Shown one piece after another: positions 40,291 through 51,950 of a DNA stretch of 61,360 nt. Each line of letters begins with the position of its first letter. The stretch's first letter is position 1. The stretch spans positions 1-61,360 of the forward strand of contig JAICYS010000003.1 in the NCBI GenBank assembly GCA_025934105.1, given 5' to 3'. Below the pieces are notes generated by a model. The model saw only the letters and a list, made by a program, of their open reading frames with translations. It was not told the DNA's origin and searched no databases. The translations under genes and the position numbers were made by a program. The stretch is from Myxococcota bacterium. GTDB taxonomy: Bacteria; Myxococcota_A; Polyangia; Fen-1088.

Positions 40291-41868
40291 ATGCGGCGAT
40301 CCGCGTCACGTCTGTTCGCGACTTCTTTGCTTTTGATTGGGTTTGGCTGCGCGTCCCCCTCCTCGGGCGGCGGGAGCGGCGGCAGCAACGGACCCGGCAA
40401 CGGCGGCAGCAACAACCCCGGCGCCGGCGGCAGCAACAACCCCGGCGCCGGCGGATCGCACAGTGGCGGCTCGACGGGCACCGGGGGCAGTTCCGGCACG
40501 GCCTGCACGCCGACCGACACGCAGCTGGTGAATTCCAGCGGGTACTACTGCACCAGCGCCAGCGTCGGCTTGCAAGGCGCCATCTACGCGTACGGGGATG
40601 GTATGTCGTGTCCGTACGCGCCGGGGGCGCCCACCCCGGCCACTTTCTGCGCGGGGAACAAGTGCTGCCTCAGCGGCACGACCAAGATCGACTCGACGTT
40701 CGCCGCCTGGGGATGCGGGATCGGGGTGGAGCTGGACGACGTGGCGATGACCAAGATGCCCTACAGCGGCTCGGTCGATTGCTTCCAGGTCACGCTCACG
40801 GGAACGAGCGGCGGCAACGGCGTGCAGATCGGATTCACGCAATCCGCGAATCCGCCCAGCACTGCGGTTGCCCCGTTCTCGATGATTCCGCCCTTCAGCG
40901 ACGGCTATAGCGGCAAGATCTGCTTCAGCGACGCCACGTGCCCTGCCTGGGCGACCGCGGCGCAGTGCTCGAAGACGGGAACCAACGGAACACCGGTCGA
41001 CATGCAAATCCAGATCAACGGAGGCACCACCGCCGGCGCTTACGACTTTTGTTTGACGAGCATCGTGCCGGTGACCGGCTCCACGGGGACGGGTGGATCG
41101 GGAGGCGGCGGGACGTCGAGCTGCACCAGCCCCAGCGGCACCGGCACCATCACGGACCAATTCGGCGCCGCCCACGTGAGCTGTCCCAAGGACTACATTG
41201 TCCAGAACAACGACTGGGGCGTGAGCAGCGCGTCCCAGACCCTGAACTACGGGCCTGGCACGAAGTTCAAGGTCGCCACGCAAAGCGGGACCGGCGCCAA
41301 CCACGCGCCGGCGTCGTATCCCAGCATTTTCACCGGCATCGGCGGCGTGGGCAGCACGAATGGGAGCGGGCTGCCGCTGGCGGTGTCGTCGATCAGCGCG
41401 ACCGGAATCTCGACGAGCTGGACCTTCAGCAACGCCGGCGTGAGCGGCAGCTACAATGCCGCCTATGACGTGTGGTTTAGCACGTCGTCGGGCGGTGATT
41501 CGAAGCCCTCCGCCCCGAGCGGCGGATACCTGATGGTCTGGTTTTACATCCCGACCGACAACCAGCCGGTCGGGTCGCTGGTGCCCAACGGCAGCGCAAC
41601 GATCGGCGGCAAGACGTTCAACGTCTGGTACGGAACGAACAACGGCAAGCCCGTGGTTTCCTACGTACCGACGTCGAATTCGAACTCGTTCACGTCCTGG
41701 ACTTATCCGCTGGGAGCGTTCATCCAGGACGCCGCGACTCGAAATTGTTCCGGCAGCACGAAGTGCATTCAAAGCAGTTGGTATCTGGAGACCGTGTACG
41801 CTGGGTTCGAGATCTGGAACGGCGGCGCCGGGCTCCAGACGACCGACTTCGGCGTGACCGTCCCGTAG
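40291..41868 (+). CDS. Lipoprotein with C-terminal GH12-like glycoside hydrolase domain
   Basis: AGGAGG Shine-Dalgarno, lipobox FGC, Gly/Ser linkers, VQNNDWG, SYPSIF, YNAAYDVWF, YLMVW, GFEIW. Confidence 0.82.
   Translation: MRRSASRLFATSLLLIGFGCASPSSGGGSGGSNGPGNGGSNNPGAGGSNNPGAGGSHSGGSTGTGGSSGTACTPTDTQLVNSSGYYCTSASVGLQGAIYAYGDGMSCPYAPGAPTPATFCAGNKCCLSGTTKIDSTFAAWGCGIGVELDDVAMTKMPYSGSVDCFQVTLTGTSGGNGVQIGFTQSANPPSTAVAPFSMIPPFSDGYSGKICFSDATCPAWATAAQCSKTGTNGTPVDMQIQINGGTTAGAYDFCLTSIVPVTGSTGTGGSGGGGTSSCTSPSGTGTITDQFGAAHVSCPKDYIVQNNDWGVSSASQTLNYGPGTKFKVATQSGTGANHAPASYPSIFTGIGGVGSTNGSGLPLAVSSISATGISTSWTFSNAGVSGSYNAAYDVWFSTSSGGDSKPSAPSGGYLMVWFYIPTDNQPVGSLVPNGSATIGGKTFNVWYGTNNGKPVVSYVPTSNSNSFTSWTYPLGAFIQDAATRNCSGSTKCIQSSWYLETVYAGFEIWNGGAGLQTTDFGVTVP
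40402..40449 (+). repeat. 24-bp tandem duplication in the linker (GGSNNPGA x2)
   Basis: GGCGGCAGCAACAACCCCGGCGCC occurs twice in tandem. Confidence 0.85.
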
Positions 41869-41883
41869 TCCGCCGACAGCGAA

Positions 41884-41909
41884 GGCCGGCCGACGCCGAT
41901 CGGCCGGCC
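41884..41909. terminator. GC-rich hairpin between convergent genes
   Basis: GGCCGGCCGA-6 nt-TCGGCCGGCC, 10-bp stem. No U-tract. Confidence 0.45.
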
Positions 41910-41966
41910 GGCCGCTCCGTCATTCCGAACCCGCGCGCTGAATTCAAAGGTTCGCGACGGGCGCGG

Positions 41967-42907
<941 letters not shown>

Positions 42908-42908
<1 letters not shown>

Positions 42909-43360
42909 CAGATGAAGTACATCGTGGCCGGCACGACGGCCCGACGCACGCCCGCCGATTCGGCGCGGGCGACGAAATCGGCCAGCTTGGTCCGTTCGAG
43001 CACCTCGATGAGGCGCGTGCCCACCTCGCCCCAGACCAGCGACGGGATGTCGCCCGGGCCGGGCTCGCCGCCCACGCCCAGCAGGTCCTCCAGCGGACCG
43101 CGCACGGCCCGCAGGATGTCCGCCATCGAGATCTCGGCCGCCGGCCGCGCCAGCGCGTAACCACCGTGCGGTCCTCGCCGCGCCTCGACCAGCCCCGCCC
43201 GCCGCAAGTCCTGCAGGATCTGCTCGAGGAACTTGAACGGGATGCCTTGCCGCTCGGCGATCTCCTTGGCCTGGGCCGCCTGGCCGGGACCGGCGCCGGC
43301 GTGAAACGCCAGGTCGTAGAGCGCCCGGATGGCGTAGCGGGTGCGGATGGTGAGCCTCAA
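42908..43360 (-). CDS. Rrf2-family regulator, CymR-like
   Basis: RYAIRAL, FLEQIL, RGPHGGY. No Cys residues. C-terminus ATMYFI. Confidence 0.88.
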
Positions 43361-44424
43361 ATGGAGTAATCCTCCAAGAACACTTTCGCGTCGCGCGGGC
43401 TGGCCATCACCAGGTCGCCTTCGTTGATCGACAGCGCCTGCACCTCGGCCTTGGGCATCTCCACCGTCATGGGCGCCCCGTCGGACAGCTTCAGCGACAA
43501 CTTGACGGTGCCGCCCAGCCAGGCCATGCGCTCGACCCGCGCCAGCGACACCTCGGGGGCGCCCGCCTCGGCCTTGGTCAGCGTCACGTCGTGCGGCCGC
43601 ACGTAGGCGTGGACCGACGCGCCGTCCGGCGCGTCGACGCCGTCGGCCACGGACACCGCCAGCGTCCCGACCGACACGCGTCCGCCCACCATGAGCCCGC
43701 GCAGCACGTTGGCGCCGCCGACGAACGCGGCCACGAACGGCGTGGCCGGGCGGTCGTACACCTCGCGCACGGTGCCGGCCTGCGCGACGCGGCCGTCGTG
43801 CATGACGACGACCCGGTCCGAGACCTCCATCGCTTCTTCCTGGTCGTGCGTGACCAGCAGGGTCGTCACGTCGTGCTCGCCGTGCAGCCGCCGCAGCCAG
43901 TCGCGCAGCTCGACCCGGACCTGCGCGTCCAGCGCGCCGAACGGCTCGTCCAACAGCAGCAGCTTCGGTTGGATGGCCAGGGCCCGCGCGAACGCCACGC
44001 GCTGCCGCTGGCCGCCGGACAGCTCGGCCGGGTAGCGCTCACCCAGTCCGTCGAGCTGCACCAGCGACAACAGCTCGTCGACCTTGCGCTTGACCTCGTC
44101 GGCCGGCGCCTTCCGCACCCGCAGCCCGAAGGCGATGTTCTTGCGCACGGTCATGTGCTTGAAGAGCGCGTAGCTCTGGAAGACGAAGCCCAGCCCCCGC
44201 TTCTGAGCGGGGACGCCCGTCATGTCCTGCTCGCCGAACAAAACCTGGCCGGCGTCCGGCTGCTCGAGCCCGGCCACGATGCGCAGCACGGTCGACTTGC
44301 CGGAGCCCGAGGGGCCCAAGAGGGTGGTGATCCCGCCGGGCGCCGCCGCGAACGACACGTCCGCCACCGCCGGCGTGCCGCTGGCCGTGAAGCGCTTCGT
44401 GAGATTTTTGACCGTCAGGCTCAT
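43357..44424 (-). CDS. cysA: Sulfate/thiosulfate ABC transporter ATP-binding subunit
   Basis: GPSGSGKS, FVFQSYALFKHMTV, LSGGQRQR, DEPFGALDAQVR, TOBE domain. Confidence 0.9.
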   Translation of the reverse strand: MSLTVKNLTKRFTASGTPAVADVSFAAAPGGITTLLGPSGSGKSTVLRIVAGLEQPDAGQVLFGEQDMTGVPAQKRGLGFVFQSYALFKHMTVRKNIAFGLRVRKAPADEVKRKVDELLSLVQLDGLGERYPAELSGGQRQRVAFARALAIQPKLLLLDEPFGALDAQVRVELRDWLRRLHGEHDVTTLLVTHDQEEAMEVSDRVVVMHDGRVAQAGTVREVYDRPATPFVAAFVGGANVLRGLMVGGRVSVGTLAVSVADGVDAPDGASVHAYVRPHDVTLTKAEAGAPEVSLARVERMAWLGGTVKLSLKLSDGAPMTVEMPKAEVQALSINEGDLVMASPRDAKVFLEDYSI

Positions 44425-44434
44425 CCAACACCAG

Positions 44435-44474
44435 CGCGCCGACCGGGCGGGGCTTTGCCCGCCCGGCCGGCGCG
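44435..44474. other. Strong intercistronic hairpin between sulfite reductase and cysA
   Basis: CGCGCCGACCGGGCGGGGC-TTT-GCCCGCCCGGCCGGCGCG, about 17-bp imperfect stem. Confidence 0.55.
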
Positions 44475-44523
44475 GAAGGTCCCGAGCCCCGCGAAGGAGC
44501 CCGTCTCGTCGCCGATCAGCGGC

Positions 44524-46274
44524 TCAGGCCGCGCACTCGCCTTCCATCTCGACGACCTCGAAGGCCTTGCTCTCGCCGAAGTCGACGAAGTCCTCGGCCT
44601 TGGCGGTGGTGGCGTCCAGCTCGCCCAGGTCCTTGATGCGCGCGCCCACCTTGGCCGGCTCGATCCGGCTGAAGAACGCCAGCGGCGTCTCGCCCGGCTG
44701 CTTCTCCTCGGTGTAGAGCGCCACCAGCCGCTCCAGCGCCTGCGGCACCCGGCGCGCCGGCACCTTGCCGGCGATGCGCCCGAACTTCGGGCCGCCGGCG
44801 TCGAAGCCGCCGCCGATGAACACGAAGTACTGCGGCACCGGCTTGCCGTCGATCTTGCGCATGCCCCCCTGCAGGCCGATGACGCCGCTGTAGTGCTGGC
44901 CGCACCCGTTCGGGCAGCCGGACATCTTGACGTCCAGCCCCGGCACCTGCGCGACCAGATCCGGCCGCCCGTCCAGGAAGTCGGTCAGCGAGGCGCCCAG
45001 CGCCTTCGAGTTGGTGACGGCGATCTTGCAGCTGGAGGCGCCCGGGCACGACAGCACGTCGGCCATGGTCATGGCGCCGGCCTGCCCGAGCCCGATGGCG
45101 GTCAGCTCGCGGTGCAGCTCGGGGACGCGCCAGGTCGGGATGAACCGCAGCACCAGATTCTGTTCGTTGGTGGTGCGCAGCTCGCCGTCGCTGTACTCCG
45201 TGACCAGCGCCGCCAGCGCCCGAAAGTGAGCCGGCGAAAGGTCGCCCTTGGGGACGCGCACGATGACCGCCGAATAGCCGGCCTGCTTCTGCGGGCGGAC
45301 GTTGGTCTTCTGGAAGGCCGCGAACTCCGGCAGCGGCTCGACCAGCGCGCCGGCCGCCGGGACCGCGCGCGGCTTGGGCGCGGGGGCCAGGGCCAGCGGC
45401 CGCCCCCCCTCGGCGCGCACCGCGTCCAGGTCCTTCTGGTACTCGGCCAGGAAGGCCGGCGTGCCCAGCTTCTGGATGGCCCACTTGAGGCGCGCCTTGT
45501 GCTTGTCCTTGCGGTTCCCGATCCGGTGGAAGGTACGGACCAGCGCCTCCGAGACCTCCAGCACCTGCGTGGCGGGCAGGAACTCGTGGACCAGGATGGC
45601 CGCCTTGCGCAGCGTCGAGAGGCCGCCGCCCATGTAGACCTTGAAGCCGGGCGTGCCGGCCGCGTCGGTGGTGGCCAAAAACCCCAGGTCGTTGATCTGC
45701 GCCTGCACGTCGTCGTAGCCGCAGCAGCCGCCGAACGCGATCTTGAACTTGCGCGGCAGCGCCGACGAGAACGCCCCGCGCAGGAGGTGGCGCGTGGTCG
45801 CCTCGGCGTAAGGCGAGACGTCGAACGGTTCATGCGCCGCCACGCCAGCGAACGGGCAGCCGGTGATGTTGCGGACCGAGTTGCCGCAGGCTTCGCGGGT
45901 GGTCAGCCCGGCGTCGGCGGCCGTCCCCAGCGCCAGCTCGGCGTCCTTCTCCTTGACGAAGTGCAGCTGGATGTTCTGCCGGGTCGTGATGTGCCCGGCG
46001 CCGCTGCCCGCCCACTTCTCCGTGATGTCGGCCAGCGCCTGCAGCTGCGCCGCCGTGGCGATCCCCTGCGGCAGCTTGATCCGCATCATGTACACGCCCT
46101 CTTGCCGCTGGCCGTAGGTGCCGTTGATCAGGCGGAAGGCGCGCCATTCGTCCGGAGTGATGTCGCCGGTTTCGAACCGCTCGAGCATGTCGACGAACGC
46201 GTCCACATCCTCCTGTTCGGCGAAGCCGGGGCGGCCGACGTTGTCTGGAACGAAATCGACGATGGGGTTCGCGC

Positions 46275-46278
<4 letters not shown>
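44524..46278 (-). CDS. Assimilatory siroheme/[4Fe-4S] sulfite (or nitrite) reductase
   Basis: HITTRQNIQ, RNITGCP, LPRKFK, SCPGASSC...SGCPNGC. Sits in a cysteine biosynthesis cluster. Confidence 0.9.
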
Positions 46279-47047
<769 letters not shown>

Positions 47048-47051
<4 letters not shown>

Positions 47052-47665
47052 CCGGCGGCCCTCTCGGCGTAGAGCCGGTTCAGCGCCTCGAGCAGCAGCG
47101 GCCGCCGCTCGGCCATCGGCGTGCGCGCCGCCCGCCAGGCCGCCCGCTGCCGCTGCGCCTCGGCGCTCCACGAGGACAGGTCGTCGGGCAAGAGCGCGTC
47201 CAGCCCCTCGCGCACCAGCCCGGCCAGGGCCGGCGCGCGGCCATCGGTCGACACGGCGACGGTTACGCCGCCGCGCCGTAAAGTCCCTGCGCCGTACGCG
47301 CTCGCGGCCGATGGATCGTCGACCGCGAGCACGTAAAGACGCCGGGACTCCGCCTCCGCCGCCACGACGCGATTGACCTCGGGCGGCGCCGCCGCCACCA
47401 CCAACCAGACCGCCCGAAGGTCACTCGCCAGGAAACAACGGCGCTCGATCGAGATCTTCCCTGACGTTGCCAGCGTCTCCAATTCCGGCCGGAGCTCGGG
47501 CGCGACCACCAAGACCTTCGCTCCCGTCCCCAGCAGCGTCCCCACCTTGGCGGTCGCGACCGGCCCACCACCGACGACCAACACCTCGCGCCCGGACAAC
47601 TTCAAGAACAAGGGGAGCAGCTCCGCCGGCGCGTCCGGCTGCTCTGGCTGTGCGCTGCTGCCCAT
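47048..47665 (-). CDS. Precorrin-2 dehydrogenase/ferrochelatase (CysG N-terminal/SirC-like)
   Basis: LPLFLKL, VVGGGPVA, AVSTDGRAPALA. Confidence 0.88.
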
Positions 47666-47824
47666 TGTTGACTCTTCTACTTGGGAATTCCGCCGCCGCA
47701 AAAACCGCGACGAATGGGCCCCAGAGTACCTCATCTGGGTGCCCCTTTCAACCACCCCGGCCCGCAAACCATACCGTTTTGGTCTTCTTTTCGCCGGCGC
47801 CCGGATCGGGTATGCTGGCCGCCC

Positions 47825-48559
47825 ATGTCGATCGACGTCGCGGAGGTCCAGGAGGCGGCGGCCCGCCTTCGTCAAGCAACGCCCGCCGATGTGGTGAAAT
47901 GGGCGATGACGCGCTACGGGCGCGGGATGGTGATCGCCTCCAGCTTTTCGATCGAGGACTGCGTCATCATCCACATGGCCGCCCAGGCCGCGCCCGCGGA
48001 CGTTCGGGTCTTCGCGCTGGACACCGGGCGGCTTCCCGACGAGACCTACCTGACCGCCGAGCGGATCCGGATGAAGTACGGCGTCCAGATCGAGTGGTTC
48101 TTCCCGGACCGCGCCGCCGTCGAGAAGCTGATCAGCGCCAAGGGCCTCTACAGCTTCCGCGACTCGCTGGACGAGCGGCACGAGTGCTGCGGCATCCGCA
48201 AGGTCGAGCCCCTGTCGCGGGCGCTGGCCGGGCGGGACGGCTGGATGACCGGCCTGCGCAACGAGCAGTCGGTCACCCGAACGGACACGCCGGAGGTGGA
48301 GATCGATCGGTCGCACGGCGGCATCGTCAAGGTGAGCCCGCTGGTCCGCTGGACGATGGGCGACGTGCGGGCGTACGCCCAGCAGCACCGCGTCCCGATC
48401 CACCCGCTGCACGACAAGGGGTACCCGTCGATCGGCTGCGCCCCCTGCACGCGCGCCATCAAGCCTGGCGAGCACCCGCGCGCCGGCCGCTGGTGGTGGG
48501 AAGATCCGGAGAACAAGGAGTGCGGCCTGCACCTGCCGATCGCGCCCGAGCCGGCGTGA
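47825..48559 (+). CDS. cysH: APS/PAPS reductase, [4Fe-4S] type
   Basis: LDTGRL, ECCGIRKVEPL, GYPSIGCAPCT, GRWW, ECGLH. Confidence 0.93.
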   Translation: MSIDVAEVQEAAARLRQATPADVVKWAMTRYGRGMVIASSFSIEDCVIIHMAAQAAPADVRVFALDTGRLPDETYLTAERIRMKYGVQIEWFFPDRAAVEKLISAKGLYSFRDSLDERHECCGIRKVEPLSRALAGRDGWMTGLRNEQSVTRTDTPEVEIDRSHGGIVKVSPLVRWTMGDVRAYAQQHRVPIHPLHDKGYPSIGCAPCTRAIKPGEHPRAGRWWWEDPENKECGLHLPIAPEPA

Positions 48560-48588
48560 TGGGCTAGGCGTTCGGCCGTGCGAGGCCG

Positions 48589-48646
48589 TCACGTCGGGAC
48601 GGCGGGATCGTCGGGTCGGCGAGCGAGAGGTCCCGTCCCGACGTGA
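48589..48646. repeat. 14-bp inverted repeat with 30-nt spacer between convergent cysH and proA
   Basis: TCACGTCGGGACGG ... CCGTCCCGACGTGA. Confidence 0.6.
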
Positions 48647-48730
48647 ACGAGCTGGCATATCCCGCGCGCAGCAGCTCGATCGCGAGCACCTGCAGCAGCA
48701 GCCCGGCCGGCGGACGCGGCGCCACGCCGT

Positions 48731-50035
48731 TCACGGCAGGTCTCGATGCCGGAAGGCCCGTTTGCCGGGGCCGTAGGCCGCCGTCTCCTGGCCGTGGCCG
48801 CGCAGCAGCCAGCGGTAGGTCAGCAAGCCGTCGATGCCGACCGGACCGCGCGCGTGCAGCTTGTCGGTGCTGATGCCGACCTCGGCCCCCAGCCCGTAGC
48901 GGTAGCCGTCGGCGAACCGGGTGCTGGCGTTGTGGTAGACGCCGGCGGCGTCGACCTCGGCCAGGAAACGTTCGGCGGCGGCCGCGTCCTCGGTGACGAT
49001 CGCCTCGGTGTGCTTCGAGCCGTGGGCCGCGATGTGGACCAGGGCGCCGTCGAGGCCGTCGACCTGCTTGATCGCGATGACGTTGGCGCCGAACTCGAAG
49101 CCGAAGTCTTCGTCGCCGGCGGCCTTGATGCCGGGCGCCCGCGCGCGCGTGGCGGCGTCGCCGCGGATCTCGACGCCGGCCTTCTGCAGCGCGGCCAGGC
49201 AGGCGTCCAGCGCCGCGCCGGCGCCGGCATCCCAGAGCAGCGTCTCCGTCGCGTTGCACGCCGCCGGGTACGTCGTCTTGCCGTCGACGGCCAGCCGGGC
49301 CGCCATGGCCGGATCGGCCGCCGCGTGCACGTAGAGGTGGCAGACGCCGGCCGCGTGTCCCATGACGGGAATCTGGCTGGACTGCTGGATGTGCCGCACG
49401 AACTCCGACGAGCCGCGCGCGACGATCACCTCGACCAGGCCGTGCAGCCCCAGCACCGCGTTCACCTCCTCGCGTCCCTCCAGCAGCACGGCGGCGCGCG
49501 GGTCGAGGCCGGCGCCGCTCAGCACCTGGCCGACGATCTGGCTGAGGGCGCGGTTGGTGCCCAGCGCCTCGCGGCCGCCCTTCAAGAGGACGGCGTTGCC
49601 GCTCTTCCAGGCCAGGCCGACGATCTGCACCAGCGCGTCGGGCCGCGATTCGAAGACGACGCCCAGCAAGCCCAGCGGACAGGTGACCCGCTCGAGCACC
49701 AGCCCCTCGTCCAGCTCGCGCCGCAGGGTGACGCCGCCCACCAGATCGGGCATGGCGGCCAGCTGATCGAGGCCGTCGCACACGCCGTCGAGCTTGCCGG
49801 CGTCCAGGCCCAGGCGCTTGACCAGCGGCGAGGCCACGCCTTCCGCCCTGGCGCGTTCGAGATCGGCGGCGTTGGCGGCGAAGATCGCCTGCCGGTGCCG
49901 CGGGTCGCGCAGCGCCTCGGCCAGCGCGCGCAGCAGCGCCGAGCGGCGCTCGGGCCCCAGGCGGGCCAGCTTGCCCCCGGCCTGCTTGGCCGCCACGGCG
50001 GTGGCGCGGATCGCGTCTTCGTTGGTCGTCATCAC
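48731..50035 (-). CDS. proA: Gamma-glutamyl phosphate reductase
   Basis: VFESRPD, LKGGREA, ACNATETLL, NASTRFADG, GISTDKLHARGP. Confidence 0.96.
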   Translation of the reverse strand: MMTTNEDAIRATAVAAKQAGGKLARLGPERRSALLRALAEALRDPRHRQAIFAANAADLERARAEGVASPLVKRLGLDAGKLDGVCDGLDQLAAMPDLVGGVTLRRELDEGLVLERVTCPLGLLGVVFESRPDALVQIVGLAWKSGNAVLLKGGREALGTNRALSQIVGQVLSGAGLDPRAAVLLEGREEVNAVLGLHGLVEVIVARGSSEFVRHIQQSSQIPVMGHAAGVCHLYVHAAADPAMAARLAVDGKTTYPAACNATETLLWDAGAGAALDACLAALQKAGVEIRGDAATRARAPGIKAAGDEDFGFEFGANVIAIKQVDGLDGALVHIAAHGSKHTEAIVTEDAAAAERFLAEVDAAGVYHNASTRFADGYRYGLGAEVGISTDKLHARGPVGIDGLLTYRWLLRGHGQETAAYGPGKRAFRHRDLP

Positions 50036-51201
50036 AGAGCTCCCATCACCAGGTTGTCGCGCGTGATCAACGCATCGTAGCTTCGCCAGCCGAGGATGGC
50101 GTCGATGTCGTCGCTGTGCCGGCCGGCCAGCTTGCGGCAGGCCTCGGAGGGATAGTTGACCAGCCCGCGTCCGTGGACGCGGCCGCTGCCGTCGCGGATC
50201 TCGACCACGTCGCCCTTTTCGAAGGTCCCTTCCACGCCGACCACGCCGATGGGCAGCAGCGAGGCCTTCTTGGCGCCGATCAGCGCCGCCAGCGCGCCTT
50301 CGTTCACCACCAGCGCGCCGCGGTGGCGGGCGCCCACGGCGATGTGGCGCAGCCGGGCCGGCCGGCGCGTGACCGACACCAGCGTGCCGACGTCTTCGCC
50401 GGCCAGGGCCCGTTCGAGGACGCCCGGCTCGCCGCCGGCGATCAGCACCGCGGTCCCCTCCGAGGAGGCGAGCTGCGCGGCCGCCAGCTTGCTGCCCATT
50501 CCGCCGGTGCCGCCCGCCGAACCGCCGCTGGCGCGCGCCAGCGTGGAGGGATCGATCTGGTTCAGCTCGGCGATCCGCGTGGCGGCGGGATCCAGCTTGG
50601 GGTTGGCGGTGAAGAGGCCCCCGACGTTGGTCAGCATCACCAGGAGATCCGCGTCCAGGGACACGGCCACCAGGGCCGCCAGGCCGTCGTTGTCGCCGAA
50701 CGCGCCCGGGCCCGGCACGGCGCCGCCCTGCGCGCGGCGGTACTCGACCAGCTCGGCCACGCTCACGCTGTCGTTCTCGTTCAGGACCGGAATCACGCCC
50801 AGCTCCAGGAGGCGCATCAAGGTCGTGCGCAAGCAGATGGCCCGGTCTCGGTCGGCCAGGTCGTCCTGCGTCAGCAGGACCTGCGCCGCGGTCACCCCCT
50901 GCGCGGCGAACGCCTGCGTGTAGACGCTCATGAGGTGGCCCTGCCCGACCGCCGCGCAGGCCTGGCGCAGGCCCAACGAGCGCGGCCGCTCGCCCAGCCC
51001 CAGCACCCGCATCCCCATGCCGACCGCCCCGCTCGACACCAGCAGCACCTGGCGGCCGGCCTTGCGCAGCGCCGCCAGGCTGCCGACGATCGCGTCGACG
51101 CGCTGGCGCGCGAGCTCGGCCCCGTCGCGCATCACGACGTGCGTTCCCAGCTTGACGACGATGCGGTGCGCCTCCGCGAGCTGACGGCGAGCAGCGGACA
51201 T
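50032..51201 (-). CDS. proB: Glutamate 5-kinase with PUA domain
   Basis: VVKLGT, VSSGAV, NENDSV, FGDND, GTGGMGSKL. Confidence 0.96.
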   Translation of the reverse strand: MSAARRQLAEAHRIVVKLGTHVVMRDGAELARQRVDAIVGSLAALRKAGRQVLLVSSGAVGMGMRVLGLGERPRSLGLRQACAAVGQGHLMSVYTQAFAAQGVTAAQVLLTQDDLADRDRAICLRTTLMRLLELGVIPVLNENDSVSVAELVEYRRAQGGAVPGPGAFGDNDGLAALVAVSLDADLLVMLTNVGGLFTANPKLDPAATRIAELNQIDPSTLARASGGSAGGTGGMGSKLAAAQLASSEGTAVLIAGGEPGVLERALAGEDVGTLVSVTRRPARLRHIAVGARHRGALVVNEGALAALIGAKKASLLPIGVVGVEGTFEKGDVVEIRDGSGRVHGRGLVNYPSEACRKLAGRHSDDIDAILGWRSYDALITRDNLVMGAL

Positions 51202-51331
51202 CAGCCGGCCAATTTAGCCCAAACCGGGGCCCGCAGCATCTGCGCTGCGAGGGTGATTCACCGGCCGCGCGCGAACGCGGCCGGCAGCTTCTTCGGCGCC
51301 ACGGCGCGGCCGCCGCGCCCAGACACGCGAG

Positions 51332-51868
51332 TTACGCGGCCGGCGCCAGGGCCTGGATCTCGATCTCGATGTCGACGTTCTTGCCGACCAGCACGCCGCC
51401 GGCCTCCAGCGCCTGGTTCCAGGTCGCGCCGAACTCCTCGCGCTGGATGGAGACCTTGCCGCTGAAGAGGACCTTCTGCTGGCCCCAGGGATCCTTGGCC
51501 TTGCCCAGGTACTCGACGTCGATCGCCACCGGCCTGGTGACCTTGCGGATGGTGAGGTCGCCGTGCAGCAGGAACTTGTCCTTGCCCTTGGCTTCGACCC
51601 GCGTGCTCTTGAACGTCAGGTTTGGGTGCTGCTCGGCGTCGAGGAAGTCCGCCGAGCGCAGGTGCGCGTCGCGCTTGGGTTCGTTCGTGTCGATGCTGGC
51701 GGCGTCGATGGTGATGTCGACCTTCGAGTTGGCCGGATTCTCCTCGTCGAATTGCAGCGTCCCGTCCCACTTCTGAAAGCGCCCCCGGACTTTGCTGATC
51801 ACCATGTGCCGAACGGTGAAAAAGATGTCGGAGTGCGCGCGGTCGATTTGCCAGGTCTTGAGTGCCAT
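51332..51868 (-). CDS. YceI-family lipid/polyisoprenoid-binding protein
   Basis: WQIDRAHS, HMVISKVRGRF, RDAHLRSADF, GDLTI. Confidence 0.92.
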   Translation of the reverse strand: MALKTWQIDRAHSDIFFTVRHMVISKVRGRFQKWDGTLQFDEENPANSKVDITIDAASIDTNEPKRDAHLRSADFLDAEQHPNLTFKSTRVEAKGKDKFLLHGDLTIRKVTRPVAIDVEYLGKAKDPWGQQKVLFSGKVSIQREEFGATWNQALEAGGVLVGKNVDIEIEIQALAPAA

Positions 51869-51950
51869 GTGGGTCTCCTATAGACAGGTCTCGATACGAT
51901 GCAAGGCCCTGGTCGAGGTTTCCGCGTTCCATGCGATAGTGGCGCCCGAC

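Noticed and set aside
44445-44490. Similarity between this hairpin region and the RlmI insertion (GGGCTTTG...CCGGCG...AGGTCC)
   Set aside because: Short and gapped, plausible by chance at this GC content.
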